DNA from: Ylistrum balloti
Lineage: Eukaryota
Length of the DNA stretch: 60,601 nucleotides
Assembly (NCBI RefSeq): GCF_031769215.1
Contig: NW_026782268.1
Span: 2,108,001 to 2,168,601 of the forward strand
Reading direction: 5' to 3'
The notes beneath the pieces are model-generated. The model saw only the letters and a program-made list of their open reading frames with translations, was not told the DNA's origin and did not search any database. Position 1 is the stretch's first letter. Every line of letters starts with the position of its first letter. Positions 37,626 to 50,582 of the stretch are shown in pieces. The translations under genes were made by a program, and so were the position numbers.

Positions 37626-37931
37626 TTTCTTGATGTCTTTTATAGCATCTACGCCCTCAGAAATGAACTACACAGTAAAACTAATCATCTGCCGAACGTT
37701 ATTTTAAATGCTCCACTTTTAATATCAAAGTACAACTATTGGTAACAAAGTGTATCAAAATGAATTGTTTTTAATAAGTAGGTATTTATTCTATATTGAA
37801 TTATTAATCTCTACATCCGACCAAACCTAAGTTTCATACATACTTAAGGGCAAAATATTGTGCTTTACAGTTAAGAAAATCTGGAAGAACCTTTATATGG
37901 TTTGACTGATAAGTAGGTTATAGATACCTAC

Positions 37932-38173
37932 AGGATAACAAACACCCCTGACAAGGAGACGATTTCGGTGACGACATTGAAGTCGATGACGGAGAAGAGG
38001 TTGTAGGTTACGTTCACTTGTAGCGTGTCATCAATGTAAAACACAGGTCGGAACTCTGGTCTGTAGTCTTCGAATAAGGTATCATTTAATTTCTCCAGGT
38101 CCTTCATCGTTCTCCTAGCCATGACAGTGGCCCCTACAGACAGGATCAGGAGCAGAAATGAAACGGAAGACAT
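37932..38173 (-). CDS. Gene E coding exon 1 (242 nt)
   Basis: ATG 38173, signal peptide MSSVSFLLLILSVGATVMA, helix and RP motif (EDYRPEFRP), donor CT|gtaggt. An acceptor (ttgacag) lies 31 nt upstream of the ATG. Confidence 0.88.
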
Positions 38174-39060
38174 ATCGAATGACGTTCCTTTCAGTTTCAG
38201 TTTCCTGTCAAATAGAGTGAAGAAAACATTTTAAATTAAGAAAAATGTTTTGCTGTTACGTATTAACACATTTTTATGAAATAGAGGACAGGAAATGACC
38301 TAGAACTACAGCTTTATATTTTTTCTTAATTAAAAGTATTTCCATATCTTTGTTTCCAGTATTTTCCCCATTAAAATGCCAAATAGTGATACTGGGATAA
38401 TGAGCAAAAAATATTTCAAAATGTTGATTGACAGTCGCAAATCTCCATAGCAACCAAAATGTAGATTTTGAAAAAAAATATATATATCTGACAATATTCT
38501 GAAACTCAAATATTTTCAGGACTTAATGGATAGAAAATGTGTCTTTGTACTGTTTTCATTTTTTTTAAAGATGCCTTTGTTTTTGTTTTTAGAGATTCTC
38601 ACACTCATTTTTTTTTTCAAAATTCATGAACCAGACCAATGTATTTATTTTTCGGTGCTAGTGTTGTGATCCAGCAAGTCAACTCTGATATACATGTTCG
38701 CGTTCGTGGTGATACTTCATGTGGAATATTGTTGAATTTTGCCTTAACCTTCCAGATTTGTACTCAAGAGAAATACTCTATGACGTCAAATACACCAACA
38801 CAAAATATAGCCGACATGAAAAAATCTACAGAACGTGTAACTATTGGTAACAAAGTATATTTAAACGCGGCAATCTATCAAATTGCATTGGAATTCATTT
38901 TATGGGAGGCGGCAGAAATGTCATTGTGAATGTATGTTTTTCCAACTGTAGACCTGATATGAGAAATGTCGCTAAACCATGTAGATGGGATGAAACACAC
39001 AGAAACATGATCTTTTTAATATACATCAACCATTAGATACTGTATGTTGGAATAATTAAA

Positions 39061-39093
39061 CTGCTTCGTCCTTCTCAGACTTGTCAGTGATGT
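39061..39093 (-). pseudogene. Decayed hammerhead-like sequence of the same family as 44617-44658
   Basis: Minus strand catca-CTGACAA-gtc.tgagaag.gac-GAAG, with core substitutions (G8A, A15.1G) and no stem I partner. Confidence 0.4.
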
Positions 39094-40060
39094 GTAGATT
39101 CCAAACATTTTTGACATCGGAGACGACTGAAGAAAGACATAAATATCAAAATCTAGATGAAAGGTCCATCGGCCCAAACTTAGATAAATCTCCACTATAC
39201 CAGATGTTTTTTCTCCATAAGGTTATATCTACTTGATCAGTCTTATAAAGTCCAAGTAGCTGCTGTCTAATAAGGAAAAGATTGTACTTTCAAAGTACCA
39301 TTCAAGCTTCAATTGCAAAATATACACGTCTATTATGATGAGTCAGAGGGACAGCCTATGGTCATTAAAAAACCATTGAAAACGCATAACTTGTAAATAT
39401 AAGACTCTACCTCTCTGAAAAAAGATGCAGCATATATCTTTATTGATGTCTGTGTGTTAAGGATAGGATGATCGTTGGTTTTGTTTCTTGTAAGTTTTCG
39501 GTTGAAATAGGACATTTCAGTAATTGTGAAATAACAAGTATGTCTACTACCTCCATGTCATCATGTTCTGATCGCGACAGAAATTAGGAGAATCGACTCT
39601 GCTGAAACATGCACGGTAAATGGTCGATCAATTTAATGTTGAATTTCAACATAATGATTCAAGGAATGAAAGGTAATACCTCTTCATAATTAAAACTATG
39701 TTTTTTTGTATACCTTTACGTATGATTGCATGCTACAAACTAACAAGTTATTAATACTCACCCCACTCTTCTCTATCTTCCCTCAAAATGCTAAATGTTT
39801 CCTTTGACAGTATAGGTAGCTAAACATAAAATCAGTCACGTTGACAGCGCTTGAATATGTCACGTGATTCAAATTTTACTACAGATCATGTAACCTTATG
39901 TATTAATTTTAAGGGTCCCGTGAATCGCTGCGTGGTATGTACAAGGTTGTGTGCGCCCTGTAACACAGAAAAATTTGGCTAGGCGGAACGACAAAAACAT
40001 ACAATAATTACGTGAGGGTTAACTGAAGGAGAGAGATCTTATAGATGAGAAATATCAGGG

Positions 40061-43000
40061 ACAACCTTTACAAAACATCGATAAATAACAACCTTTACAT
40101 AACATTGATAAATAACAACATCTACATAACATCGATTAATAACAACATCTACATAACATCGATAAATAACAACATCTACATAACATCGATTAATAACAAC
40201 CTATACACAACATCGATAAATAACAACATCTACACAACTTTTATAAATAACATCTACATAACATCGATAAATAACAACATCTACATAACATCGATAAATA
40301 ACAACATCTACATAACATTGATAAATAACAACCTATACACAACATCGATAAATAACAACATCTACATAACATCGATAAATAACAACATCTACATAACATT
40401 GATAAATAACAACCTATACACAACATCGATAAATAACAACATCTACATAACATTGATAAATAACAACCTATACATAACATCGATAAATAACAACATCTAC
40501 ATAACATTGATAAATAACAACCTATACATAACATCGATAAATAACAACATCTACATAACATCGATAAATAACAACATCTACATAACATCGATAAATAACA
40601 ACATCTACATAACATCGATAAACATCTACATAACATCGATAAATAACAACCTATATAACATCGATAAATAACAACATCTACATAACATCGATAAATAACA
40701 ACCTGTACATAACATCGATAAATAACAACATCTACATAACATCGATAAATAACAACATCTACATAACATCGATAAATAACAACATCTACATAACATCGAT
40801 AAATAACAACCTATACATAACATCGATAAATAACAACATCTACATAACATCGATAAATAACAACCTGTACACAACATCGATAAATAACATCTACATAACA
40901 TCGATAAATAACAACCTATACATAACATCGATAAATAACAACCTATACATAACATTGATAAATAACAACCTGTACACATCGATAAATAACAACATCTACA
41001 TAACATCGATAAATAACAACCTTTACATAACATCGATAAATAACAACATCTACATAACATCGATAAATAACAACCTAACAACATCTACATAACATTGATA
41101 AATAACAACCTGTACATAACATCGATAAATAACAACATCTACATAACATCGATAAATAACAACCTTTACATAACATCGATAAATAACAACATCTACATAA
41201 CATTGATAAATAACAACCTGTACATAACATCGATAAATAACAACCTATACACAACATCGATAAATAACAACATCTACACAACATCGATAAATAACATCTA
41301 CATAACATCGATAAATAACAACATCTACATAACATCGATAAATAACAACCTGTACATAACATCGATAAATAACAACATCTACATAACATCGATAAATAAC
41401 ATCTACATAACATCGATAAATAACAACATCTACATAACATCGATAAATAACAACCTTTACATAACATTGATAAATAACAACCTGTACACAACACGATAAA
41501 TAACAACATCTACATAACATAAAAAACAATACACAACATACCTACATAACATCGATAAATAACAACCTATACATAACATCGATAAATAACAACCTCTACA
41601 TAACATCTATAAATAACAACATCTACATAACATCGATAAATAACAACATCTACATAACATCGATAAATAACAACATCTACATAACATCGATAAATAACAA
41701 CATCTACATAACATCGATAAATAACAACATCTACATAACATCGATAAATAACAACATCTACATAACATCGATAAATAACAACCTGTACATAACATCGATA
41801 AATAACAACATCTACATAACATCGATAAATAACAACCTATACACAACATCGATAAATAACAACCTTAACATAACATCGATAAATAACAACATCTACATAA
41901 CATTGATAAATAACAACCTATACACAACATCGATAAATAACAACCTTAACATAACATCGATAAATAACAACCTTTACATAACATCGATAAATAACAACAT
42001 CTACATAACATCGATAAATAACAACCTTAACATAACATTGATAAATAACAACATATACATAACATCGATAAATAACAACCTTAACATAACATCGATAAAT
42101 AACAACCTTTACATAACATCGATAAATAACAACATCTACATAACATCGATAAATAACAACATCTACATAACATCGATAAATAACAACCTATACACAACAT
42201 CGATAAATAACAAATAACATAACATCGATAAATACTACATAACATCGATACATAACATAACGATAAATAACAACATCTACATAACATCGATAAATAACAA
42301 CATCTACATAACATCGATAAATAACAACATCTACATAACATCGATAAATAACAACATCTACATAACATCGATAAATAACAACATCTACATAACATCGATA
42401 AATAACAACCTTTACATAACATCGATAAATAACAACATCTACATAACATCGATAAATAACAACATCTATATAACAGATAAATAACAACCTTACATAACAT
42501 CGATAAATAACAACCTATACATAACATCGATAAATAACAACATCTACATAACATCGATAAATAACAACATCTACATAACATCGATAAATAACAACCTTAA
42601 CATAACATTGATAAATAACAACATCTACATAACATCGATAAATAACAACCTATACACAACATCGATAAATAACAACATCTACATAACATCGATAAATAAC
42701 AACCTTTACATAACATCGATAAATAACAACCTTTACATAACATCGATAAATAACAACATCTACATAACATCGATAAATAACAACATCTACATAACATCGA
42801 TAAATAACAACATCTACATAACATCGATAAATAACAACATCTACATAACATTGATAAATAACAACATCTACATAACATCGATAAATAACAACCTATACAC
42901 AACATCGAGAAATAACAACATCTACATAACATCGATAAATAACAACATCTGCACAACATCGATAAAAAACAACCTATACACAACATCGATAAATAACAAC

Positions 43001-43366
43001 CTTAACATAACATCGATAAATAACAACCTTTACATAACATCGATAAATAACAACATCTACATAACATCGATAAATAACAACCTATACATAACATCGATAA
43101 ATAACAATCTTAATATAACATCGATAGATAACAACCTTAACATAACATCGATAAATAACAACCTTAACATAACATTGATAAATAACAACATCTACATAAC
43201 ATCGATAAATAACAACCTATACACAACATCGATAAATAACAACCTATACACAACATCGATAAATAACAACCTTAACATAACATTGATAAATAACAACATC
43301 TACATAACATCGATAAATAACAACATCTACATAACATCGATAAATAACAACATCTACATAACATTG
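40061..43366. repeat. Minisatellite, 27-bp unit (24-bp variants), ~120 copies
   Basis: Unit tacataacatcgataaataacaacatc, with variants cct(a/t/g)tac, acacaac and acattgat. Confidence 0.97.
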
Positions 43367-44616
43367 TTGATTTACAACTGCACCACATGACGAAAGGGAT
43401 CATCATATATACCACAATTCAATTATCCGTTACCACTGCTGTATAAACAAATGTTTCTAACACAGGTGGAATAAAATATATAGTAGCATTTTTATTGGCT
43501 GACACGGTGAACATTGAGTGGAAACTCGCTGCACGCAATCTGGAAAATTAAAATATACAATAAGTAATTAATGATTGGTGTGTTAATTGCTGTTTATATG
43601 TATTTTTATCAATTTATACCTTTGAAGATAATTATCCCGTTAGTTGCTTGTTATGGTTTGTAATAGAATTATATTCCAACATATTTCTGAAATTTTCAGT
43701 TTTCCAAAACTGATTATTTACGTTTCATTGCAGGCCATATCACTTAGCCCTTACTGATATCGTTGATTATACATCTGGGTGTAGAATAGGTCCATTCATA
43801 GGCGTAATAGCTCTGAATAGGTCTGTATTTCTTCCAGTTACGTAAGCTATAACTTTAAAAACATAACTCGGGTGAAAGAAAATTCCTTTAATGTATATGC
43901 ATATATTTCCTCATGACATCACATCGAGATATGTAACTCGAAACTTCAATAACCTTTCAACAACTTAACTCTCTCGTGATCCCAATGTCTAATTTCCATT
44001 AATGAAGTTTCGGATACTGGTGAAGACTTACACAAAATAATACCATCACCCTCATAAACATTGTTTCCTATTTTGTCATTGTTCATCATTCACAATGTGT
44101 GCGTTTCAAGGTAACGAAATACCAGAACACAATTAAGGAAAATTTCCTGACAAATTTGCGGTCTTATCTTTGCTGAAAATTGCAAATAACTATATCAAAC
44201 AGTGGCAGGATTATCAAACTTAAAGCATTATATCGTAATGTTTAGGACAGTTTAAGATGTATACCATCAGGTTCTCTTGTGATAAGGCACTATTTACTTT
44301 ATTGTAGGGACATAGTTTTAAGAACATAGTGACATAGTATTAAATCGACATGCTGGTAACACATAAGGTTTAAAATTTCACAGTCCCTGCTTTATCGTCC
44401 GACCGATTCGTATCCAATTTCATTGGACGTGGGTGGTATATTTAATTTATATCTACGGTACGTTCTCGTGATCCATACGAGATTGAAACAACCGAGCATC
44501 GTTCTATGTCTGATCCAGAGATATATACGAGGATGGGACAAAAGATACACAAGTTATTAGCACCTTCTAATACATATTCAAATAAGATACAGCAAAGTCA
44601 AAAATGAATAAACTTG

Positions 44617-44658
44617 CATCAGACACGTGTTTCGTCCTTCTAGGATTCGTCAGTGATG
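44617..44658 (-). ncRNA. Minimal type I hammerhead ribozyme (PLE/retrozyme type), stem II closing pair mutated
   Basis: Minus strand CAUCA-CUGACGA-AUCCU.AGA.AGGAC-GAA-ACACGUGU-C-UGAUG: stem I CAUCA/UGAUG, core CUGAnGA and GAA, palindromic stem III, GUC cleavage triplet. Position 10.1 is A rather than G. Confidence 0.75.
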
Positions 44659-45439
44659 TTAAGGGAACCAAAGTTCAAGTTAGGAAGCCACCGCTGAAAA
44701 TGCATTGCACGAAAGAAATATCAACATTTCGATAGGAAGGTGCAGTGGTCCAACAATTCAGTAAATGTCGATTTGGTAATGATGGTAAAAATGGTTACTG
44801 TGATTTTACACCTTTATCCACATAAACGAATAAATTTGCCTTTAAATTGTTTATCCAAATCGACTGCAATGTGCAGCTATAAAAATGAATATCAAAGGTA
44901 GAAGGAAAGTTTTGCACTGAAAATTGGCAGAGAAATCGTAAAGCAAGAACAAGTTTTAAGTAAATATCTTCTACACCATATACACATCAGTATTTCTTTA
45001 TTGTGATAATATAATTATCGACCTTTGCAGACGTTGATAACTATCACTTTAGTTATGCTGAATATTTAAATACAAACTATTCTGGCCCTATATCACTTTT
45101 CATAATCACAATGATGACTTTGTTCTAGACATTGTTTTGTCTTCACAGAAATTTAGTGATTCATATTCTATTTATGGACGTCTTGTCATCGAATGACATT
45201 TTTAGACAACAATCATCTTTTCAATCAACAAGTTTTACGATGGTCATATGATGTAAGTTACGTTATAATTCATTTCATCATTATAATAATAGCTGTTCCT
45301 ATCAAATAAAAGCACGAACTGAGAAGGCCGCAGTCCAGATCACGAAAGGATGTATCGCTTCGAACGTTTGGTGAGTATCGTTTCTTTAACATGATGGGTC
45401 ATTTTGAGTGAGGGCCTCCATGTAGAAGTTGGTGGCTAT

Positions 45440-45540
45440 CTAATTAAACAATACAGTAGAGGCACTATGCATGTCATCCACAGCAATTATAAAAGTGTTA
45501 AGTGTCTTGACCAAAGACACAACTATGCCAGAGCAGACCG
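45440..45540 (-). mobile_element. Possible SINE remnant
   Basis: aagtgtcttgaccaaagacacaac resembles the widespread SINE body motif gttgtgtccttgggcaagacactt (reverse strand). Confidence 0.3.
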
Positions 45541-47118
45541 TTCTGTTTCTCAGCTTCACGAGAAAAAAACCCGTCACGGGTGAGTTCACCTGAGGCAAGG
45601 TCGTCCAACACTATCCGACACTATCGCTACTCTGGCTTGTAGGGCCTCGTGTCATGCTCCGGTTTGCCTAAATAGAAGGCGACACGAGATATAGAAGTAG
45701 TATTGTGTTACACGGTGTCGCTGGGAGGTTCTGAACCCATTAATCACGCCTGAAGAAAGCTAAAGAGACGACTACCTACTGAAATGCTTATGAGCTAACA
45801 TTTTTGTGCAACATAACTATTGTACCTTTTAGTGTCTATGAAGGTAAGATTGCAGGTAAACAATCGAGAACCCGTGCACAAAGTTATAGTTCATCGTCTC
45901 ATATTGATTTTGTCAATGATAACCGTTTTCAGTGTGTAGTCTGCTTTATCATATACACTCAAATTTACCTCAGCCAAGCGCTGTCACTGATGCTGCAGTA
46001 CTCTCTTAGTAATATTACGTGAATTTTAATAAGACAGCTTGTCGAGAAAACGATGTGAATGTTCTTCATATATTCTTCTGGATTTTTTTTATTTTATTTA
46101 TTTATCTTTTCATGTTTAATAGGCATACATCATGAATATTTCATATTTCCAGACAGTGTCAGATAATATCAATTACTTGTATTTAATTTCGAAGTTCAGG
46201 TATATTCCGACTATAAATGTTTTCGCATGGTAAAATTTATGGCAATGTCGACCTGAGTCGCATTTGGTCGCGGCTCATACAAATATCTTCATAGCACGGT
46301 GTTTTCATTGTACGGTTATAGAACAAAAATGATATCTCATGCTGTCCTAAAAAAATCTTATAGGAAACCGGTTTCAAAGGAAGTTTGCAAGTCAGATGCT
46401 AATTGCTCGTTTTTATAGCGCCATTTTTATCTCATATTTTGTTTTGACATTTAGAACAGATATAATAGTCTGCGGTTTGTGATTCCAAGCAGGTATGTAT
46501 AGTTTATTTATGGAATTAAGTTTACTTAAACACGAACAATAGGATTGGCTGTTGTTAAACTTAAGTGGCTTGACAAAGATAGTATTGCAGGTGTGATCTG
46601 TAAAGGAGAAAACGCTTACGTTTCAAGAACAAATCTGGAGTCTTAATTCAAACTATGAAAAAACAGAAAACGTGTGCAAAATATGAACAAGTTATATTTA
46701 CACGACGACATATAAATAAGTGATAAGTGCAATTTAAATGAAATATTAATCCGGGTATTCAACAAGGGCAGTCATAATAGTTGATTAAACATGTTCTCAG
46801 GGTCGTCAGTATTTCACTGTTTTTCATGTTTAATTGAAAAATGAAATTGAAAATTTTATTGTCTTCATAAATACTTTCTTTTAATGAAAAATGAAAAAAA
46901 AATCATAAGTGATGTTTTATGGTATATCTATGAAATATGCAACACTTCAAGTTAAATAAGTAGCATTGGTTTTTTTGTCTTATAGATAAGTTACATACTC
47001 CTAGCACAATATATTCCGTACAAATACGTCTCAATGTGCCTTTATAAGTTTACAGCAAAACCGGTTGTCTCGAATATATACCGAAAAAAAAATCATAAAC
47101 ATATACAATGCATACTTT

Positions 47119-47455
47119 GCTACAGATATTATACCACTTTGTCTACCACAAAATACTACAGATATCATACCACTTTGTCTACCACAAAATACTACAGATA
47201 TTATACCACTTTGTCTACCACAAAATACTACAGATATTATACCACTTTGTCTGCCACAAAATACTACAGATATTATACCACTTTGTCTACCACAAAGTGC
47301 TACAGATATTATACCACTTTGTCTACCACAAAGTACTACAGATATTATACCACTTTGTCTACCACAAAGTACTACAGATATTATACCACTTTGTCTACCA
47401 CAAAATACTACAGATATTATACCACTTTGTCTACCATAAAATACTACAGATATTA
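47119..47455. repeat. Minisatellite, 36-bp unit, ~9 copies
   Basis: Unit tactacagatattataccactttgtctaccacaaaa. Confidence 0.95.
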
Positions 47456-47916
47456 TTTAATAATATATTTTGTTTACCATAACCATCAAATGTCTAATGT
47501 GGCTAAATATTGTATACAAGAATTCAACATTATATAAAGACAGTTACCATAACGCATTAAAAATATTTCATTTCAATATAAATAGCACATCAAAATCATC
47601 CAATGACGGCATTTCTCATTAATCTGTTTCATGTATAATACGACATAAATCTATTAAAAGGTAGGATATTACATTATTTATTTCAAACGAAAGATATCTT
47701 GTTATTATATTTTTACTACTCTATCACAAAACATTGTTCACATTTTGCTATTATGCGATAAATCTGATGTTTGTAAGGATATTATATTTTCTCTCTGTTC
47801 TATTTTCAGCTTTTCATTTTCTTTAAAGTGTCCTGTCTACCATAACAGCGCGTGAAAACGTTTCAACGTGTACAACCCTTAAACTACATATAACTAACAT
47901 TCGTCCTGTTCTTGGA

Positions 47917-48183
47917 ATTAGCACAACGACCGTTGAAATGAATAGGGGCATGATGATACAACATGCTGGTTTTCCCCAATGTCCTGTTGCAGCAGACTTT
48001 TAGGATGTCTCAATCTGAGGTGAAAATAATGTGTAATCGTTTCCAAACAAACGGAAACATTTCCACAATTCATGTTAGAGGTTTTCCGAAAGCAACAACA
48101 CAGCACCAAGACGTTTGTTAATACAGCACGTTCTAGACTGCCACAGAAACCCATGTCAGGTCCTGTTCTGCAGCTATCGGCCC
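47917..48183 (+). mobile_element. Degenerate Tc1/mariner transposase N-terminal (paired-like HTH) fragment running into the gap
   Basis: Frame starting at 47917 reads ..TFRMSQSEVKIMCNRFQTNGNISTIHVRGFPKATTQHQD.., matching the Tc1 pattern RF.ETGS...R.GRP..TT..QD. In-frame stops follow. Confidence 0.55.
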
Positions 48184-48410
48184 NNNNNNNNNNNNNNNNN
48201 NNNNNNNNNNNNNNNNNNNNNNNNNNNNNNNNNNNNNNNNNNNNNNNNNNNNNNNNNNNNNNNNNNNNNNNNNNNNNNNNNNNNNNNNNNNNNNNNNNNN
48301 NNNNNNNNNNNNNNNNNNNNNNNNNNNNNNNNNNNNNNNNNNNNNNNNNNNNNNNNNNNNNNNNNNNNNNNNNNNNNNNNNNNNNNNNNNNNNNNNNNNN
48401 NNNNNNNNNN
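48184..48410. other. Assembly gap (227 N)
   Basis: Run of N. Confidence 1.
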
Positions 48411-48707
48411 GCATCACACGAGATAGAGATTTAAACTGCAACAACATATTTTAAAATTTTAGCGTGACTTAACATAACATTCAATTTTTCAAAACGTTTC
48501 TGTATAAACCAAATTAAATATTTTTATACAGCATATGCTTAAAAACATAATCTTTCATTACGGCATATACCGTATAGGTAGTGTATTCATTCACGACAAC
48601 TTGAATTGAAAGATCGATATTAATTGCGAGTGTAATAATCGTAAAATGGCAAAAAAATAATAATAACAATAATAAAACTAATTTCTAACTTTATCGAGGT
48701 AAACCTA

Positions 48708-49515
48708 TTATTCCTGATCATGTTCGTGTTGAAGGTAAACCATTGAAAATACAATGCACATCAGTATCATTGTAGACAAGGATATAAAAAACAGAAATTT
48801 GTCAAAAGCACTTAACACAGACATTTTAGTCAATATATCGGAGTCGTTCCCATCAGTAGAATCAGGAACAACCCTGTCCAACGGCATATTTTCATAGTCT
48901 TTGTCAGCAGATTTTTGTGAGGACCTACTTTTCTGTCTGTTTTTCCTATTTACTAGTCGACACAGCCGAATCAACCAAGTTGGCAGTTGCTCATATTCGT
49001 TTAAACGAATGGTTGCTATAGTCATCAAAATTACCATAGTACTGTGTAGTTCCGATGCCAACAAGAAATATGTCATTCCTGCCAATGGTTCCGATGTCGT
49101 TGGTAAATATGACCCCATCACGGACATATATACTGTCAGCGACAAAAAAAGGGTCAAGGAAAACGAAACTCTATCACTAGCCCCAATGGGGATCAAAAAT
49201 ACAAAGGCATCTAATATGCAGAGAACCGCGACCGGAACAAGCATGTTGATGATGAAATAATCCGACTTCCGGATCATGCCAATTGTTATAGAGAGAAACG
49301 AAATCGACGTCAAGTCCTTGTATTTGTCAACCTTGTCCGAAACGTTAGTCCAGATTACGTCCCATTCGCCATTCTTTGTGTAGAAATCCATATTTACAGA
49401 TAATTGGTGAGGGATGAGTCTCATCTCCTCTTTAGTGTATATCATGTTATTTAAGATTAGCATACAAGTTTGATAGTCCCTGGGAAAGTCACGCATGTTT
49501 GTTTTGCACGACGAC
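48708..49515 (-). CDS. Gene F exon 3 of 3; join complement(50583..50824,49983..50183,48708..49515), 416 aa nAChR-like non-alpha subunit, paralogue of E
   Basis: Acceptor atttaattccag at 49516. Splicing gives GGVLVSSCKTNMRDFPRDYQTC. M2 is ASDRVSFSLTLFLSLTVYM. Confidence 0.9.
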
Positions 49516-49982
49516 CTGGAATTAAATGCGACAATGCTACATTATGCCATCTATGTAAAGATAAATCATATGACAAGTACATACATTGACTTTTTTTCAA
49601 ATTTCATTTTCAAAATAATAACTACTATTTGAATATGGAAATGACATTCACTGTTTGAAGAAAGTATTCAAATATTATAGTTATGCGTGAAATCCTCTAA
49701 CAAACATAAACGATCAATAATCAAGGGTAAGTTGTCATTGTTTATATTATCAACTGCATAGTATATAATCATCTCAAAGTTATGCATTATTTAGGATAAG
49801 GATATATGGATTTAGATTACTAGTAATGGTTAGGCTCTTTAGTTAGAAGTTAACAATCTGAAATAAATTGTTAATATCAGAATGATCATAATAAAAACAA
49901 TTTTTTTATTAGACAAATGGGAGTTGAGTTGAGTTACTAATAAGCATTGAATTTTTAATACATAATAGAAAATCAGTATTAC

Positions 49983-50183
49983 ACGAGAACGCCTCCCGGA
50001 ACCCACAACACTCTGCCGCTGTGATCTACGTAGACGTCGAAGTCTTCAGATCCCACCTGCTGTATATTGTCCATACCCGTCAGAAGTACGATCTTGGGGT
50101 ACCATACCTGGGAAGCCGGTAACACAATACCATCCACGCCCCCAAAATCTTCCGGATCCCACGCAAGTCGGTAGTCTGTCCAA
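49983..50183 (-). CDS. Gene F exon 2 (201 nt)
   Basis: Acceptor ttcattgaccag, donor GT|gtaata. Encodes WTDYRLAWDPEDFGG..WYPKIVLL..LWVPGGVL. Same length and phase as gene E exon 2. Confidence 0.9.
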
Positions 50184-50582
50184 CTGGTCAATGAATTACA
50201 AAATGTGCATTTAGCTCAATCATTAATCCACTGGTTAAAGTGTATGAAATAAAATATCAGAAAGTATTTCCTACCCTACTTTATAAAAAGTTGCTACACT
50301 AAATGTTTATATCATACCAACAACAAAAATGTTTTCCAAAACATGACAACAGTAATATTATCCATAGAATATTCTTAAAAAATATAGATTTTACGTGATA
50401 ACATTTAACCAGTTAACTGTCTCTTGCATTCACATGCTCAGCGGCATTTGTTAAGTTTCTTCTACACTTGGTTCTTGTCTGTTTGAAGCCGCCTCAGAAT
50501 TTTGTCTGAAACATTTGTCAACCCCATCCTTACAACGACTTATAAGCATGTAGTAAGTTATTAGAAGCAAAGCCAAACAAAC

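Noticed and set aside
40045-43390. Long ORFs (YITSINNNI and MLCRCCYLS repeats) on both strands
   Set aside because: They arise from a stop-free 27-bp unit, are broken by frequent frameshifts between variants, and have no non-repetitive coding context.
48072-48447. ORFs spanning the N gap
   Set aside because: Artefacts of translating N.
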